This document shows, piece after piece, positions 63,934-64,000 of a stretch of 64,000 nucleotides of DNA. Source of the DNA: a virus. The notes under the pieces were generated by a model, which was not told the DNA's origin, searched no databases, and worked only from the letters and a program-made list of their open reading frames with translations. A program made the position numbers and the translations under genes. Location of the stretch: positions 1 through 64,000 of IMG/VR virus record IMGVR_UViG_3300017971_000228. One strand, written 5' to 3'. Position 1 is the first letter of the stretch. Every line of letters begins with the position of its first letter.

Positions 63934-64000
63934 ATGGCATATATCCAGAGCAAGCGGCACTTCATCAACTATCTGAACAAGGCGCTGCGAAACTCTGATG

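Larger units (their letters stand above)
1..64000. mobile_element. Temperate tailed bacteriophage genome segment (siphovirus-like)
   Basis: Portal, capsid, neck, tail tube, frameshifted chaperone, tape measure, lysis, serine integrase, CI/Cro switch and replication genes in canonical order; no host housekeeping flanks. Confidence 0.95.

Noticed and set aside
1-64000. Terminase genes
   Set aside because: No terminase motifs found; probably upstream of the window
1-64000. Stop-codon recoding suggested by the GGQ protein
   Set aside because: Genes are full length and tightly packed under code 11, using TAG, TGA and TAA as stops

Overview
About 64 kb of a temperate tailed phage (siphovirus-like) genome. 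Almost all genes are on the + strand; no host flanks are visible. Order: (1-16 kb) nonulosonic-acid/sugar-modification cluster (SpsF-like cytidylyltransferases, NeuB, DegT aminotransferase, GNAT, DUF4910, GT2, methyltransferases) interleaved with small phage genes, an orphan HigA, a GGQ release-factor homologue and an unannotated TatA with twin-arginine proteins; (16-20 kb) portal, minor head protein, proteases; (20-25 kb) methyltransferase, B12 radical SAM, two sulfotransferase-like genes and a sulfatase; (25-39 kb) scaffold, duplicated decoration proteins, major capsid protein, fibre-like proteins including a 1415-aa repeat protein, neck genes; (39.6-42.3 kb) two GT-B-type glycosyltransferases; (42-51 kb) duplicated tail tube, frameshifted chaperone, tape measure, tail tip; (51-54 kb) lysis; (54.6-57.8 kb) large serine integrase and CI/Cro switch; (58-64 kb) early genes (Rad52/Sak, ParB, primase). 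No terminase lies in the window. Best candidates for new biology: (i) a virion glycosylation system whose likely surface proteins are rich in small-small-[Ser/Cys] motifs, with Ser/Cys swaps between paralogues; (ii) a strand-polarised ATTATCA motif seen at least 29 times; (iii) a three-copy terminator/antiterminator leader with covariation in front of the portal, capsid and tail blocks; (iv) a phage-encoded TatA. All family calls come from motif recognition by eye; no database searches were run. A Chloroflexota host is a tentative inference.
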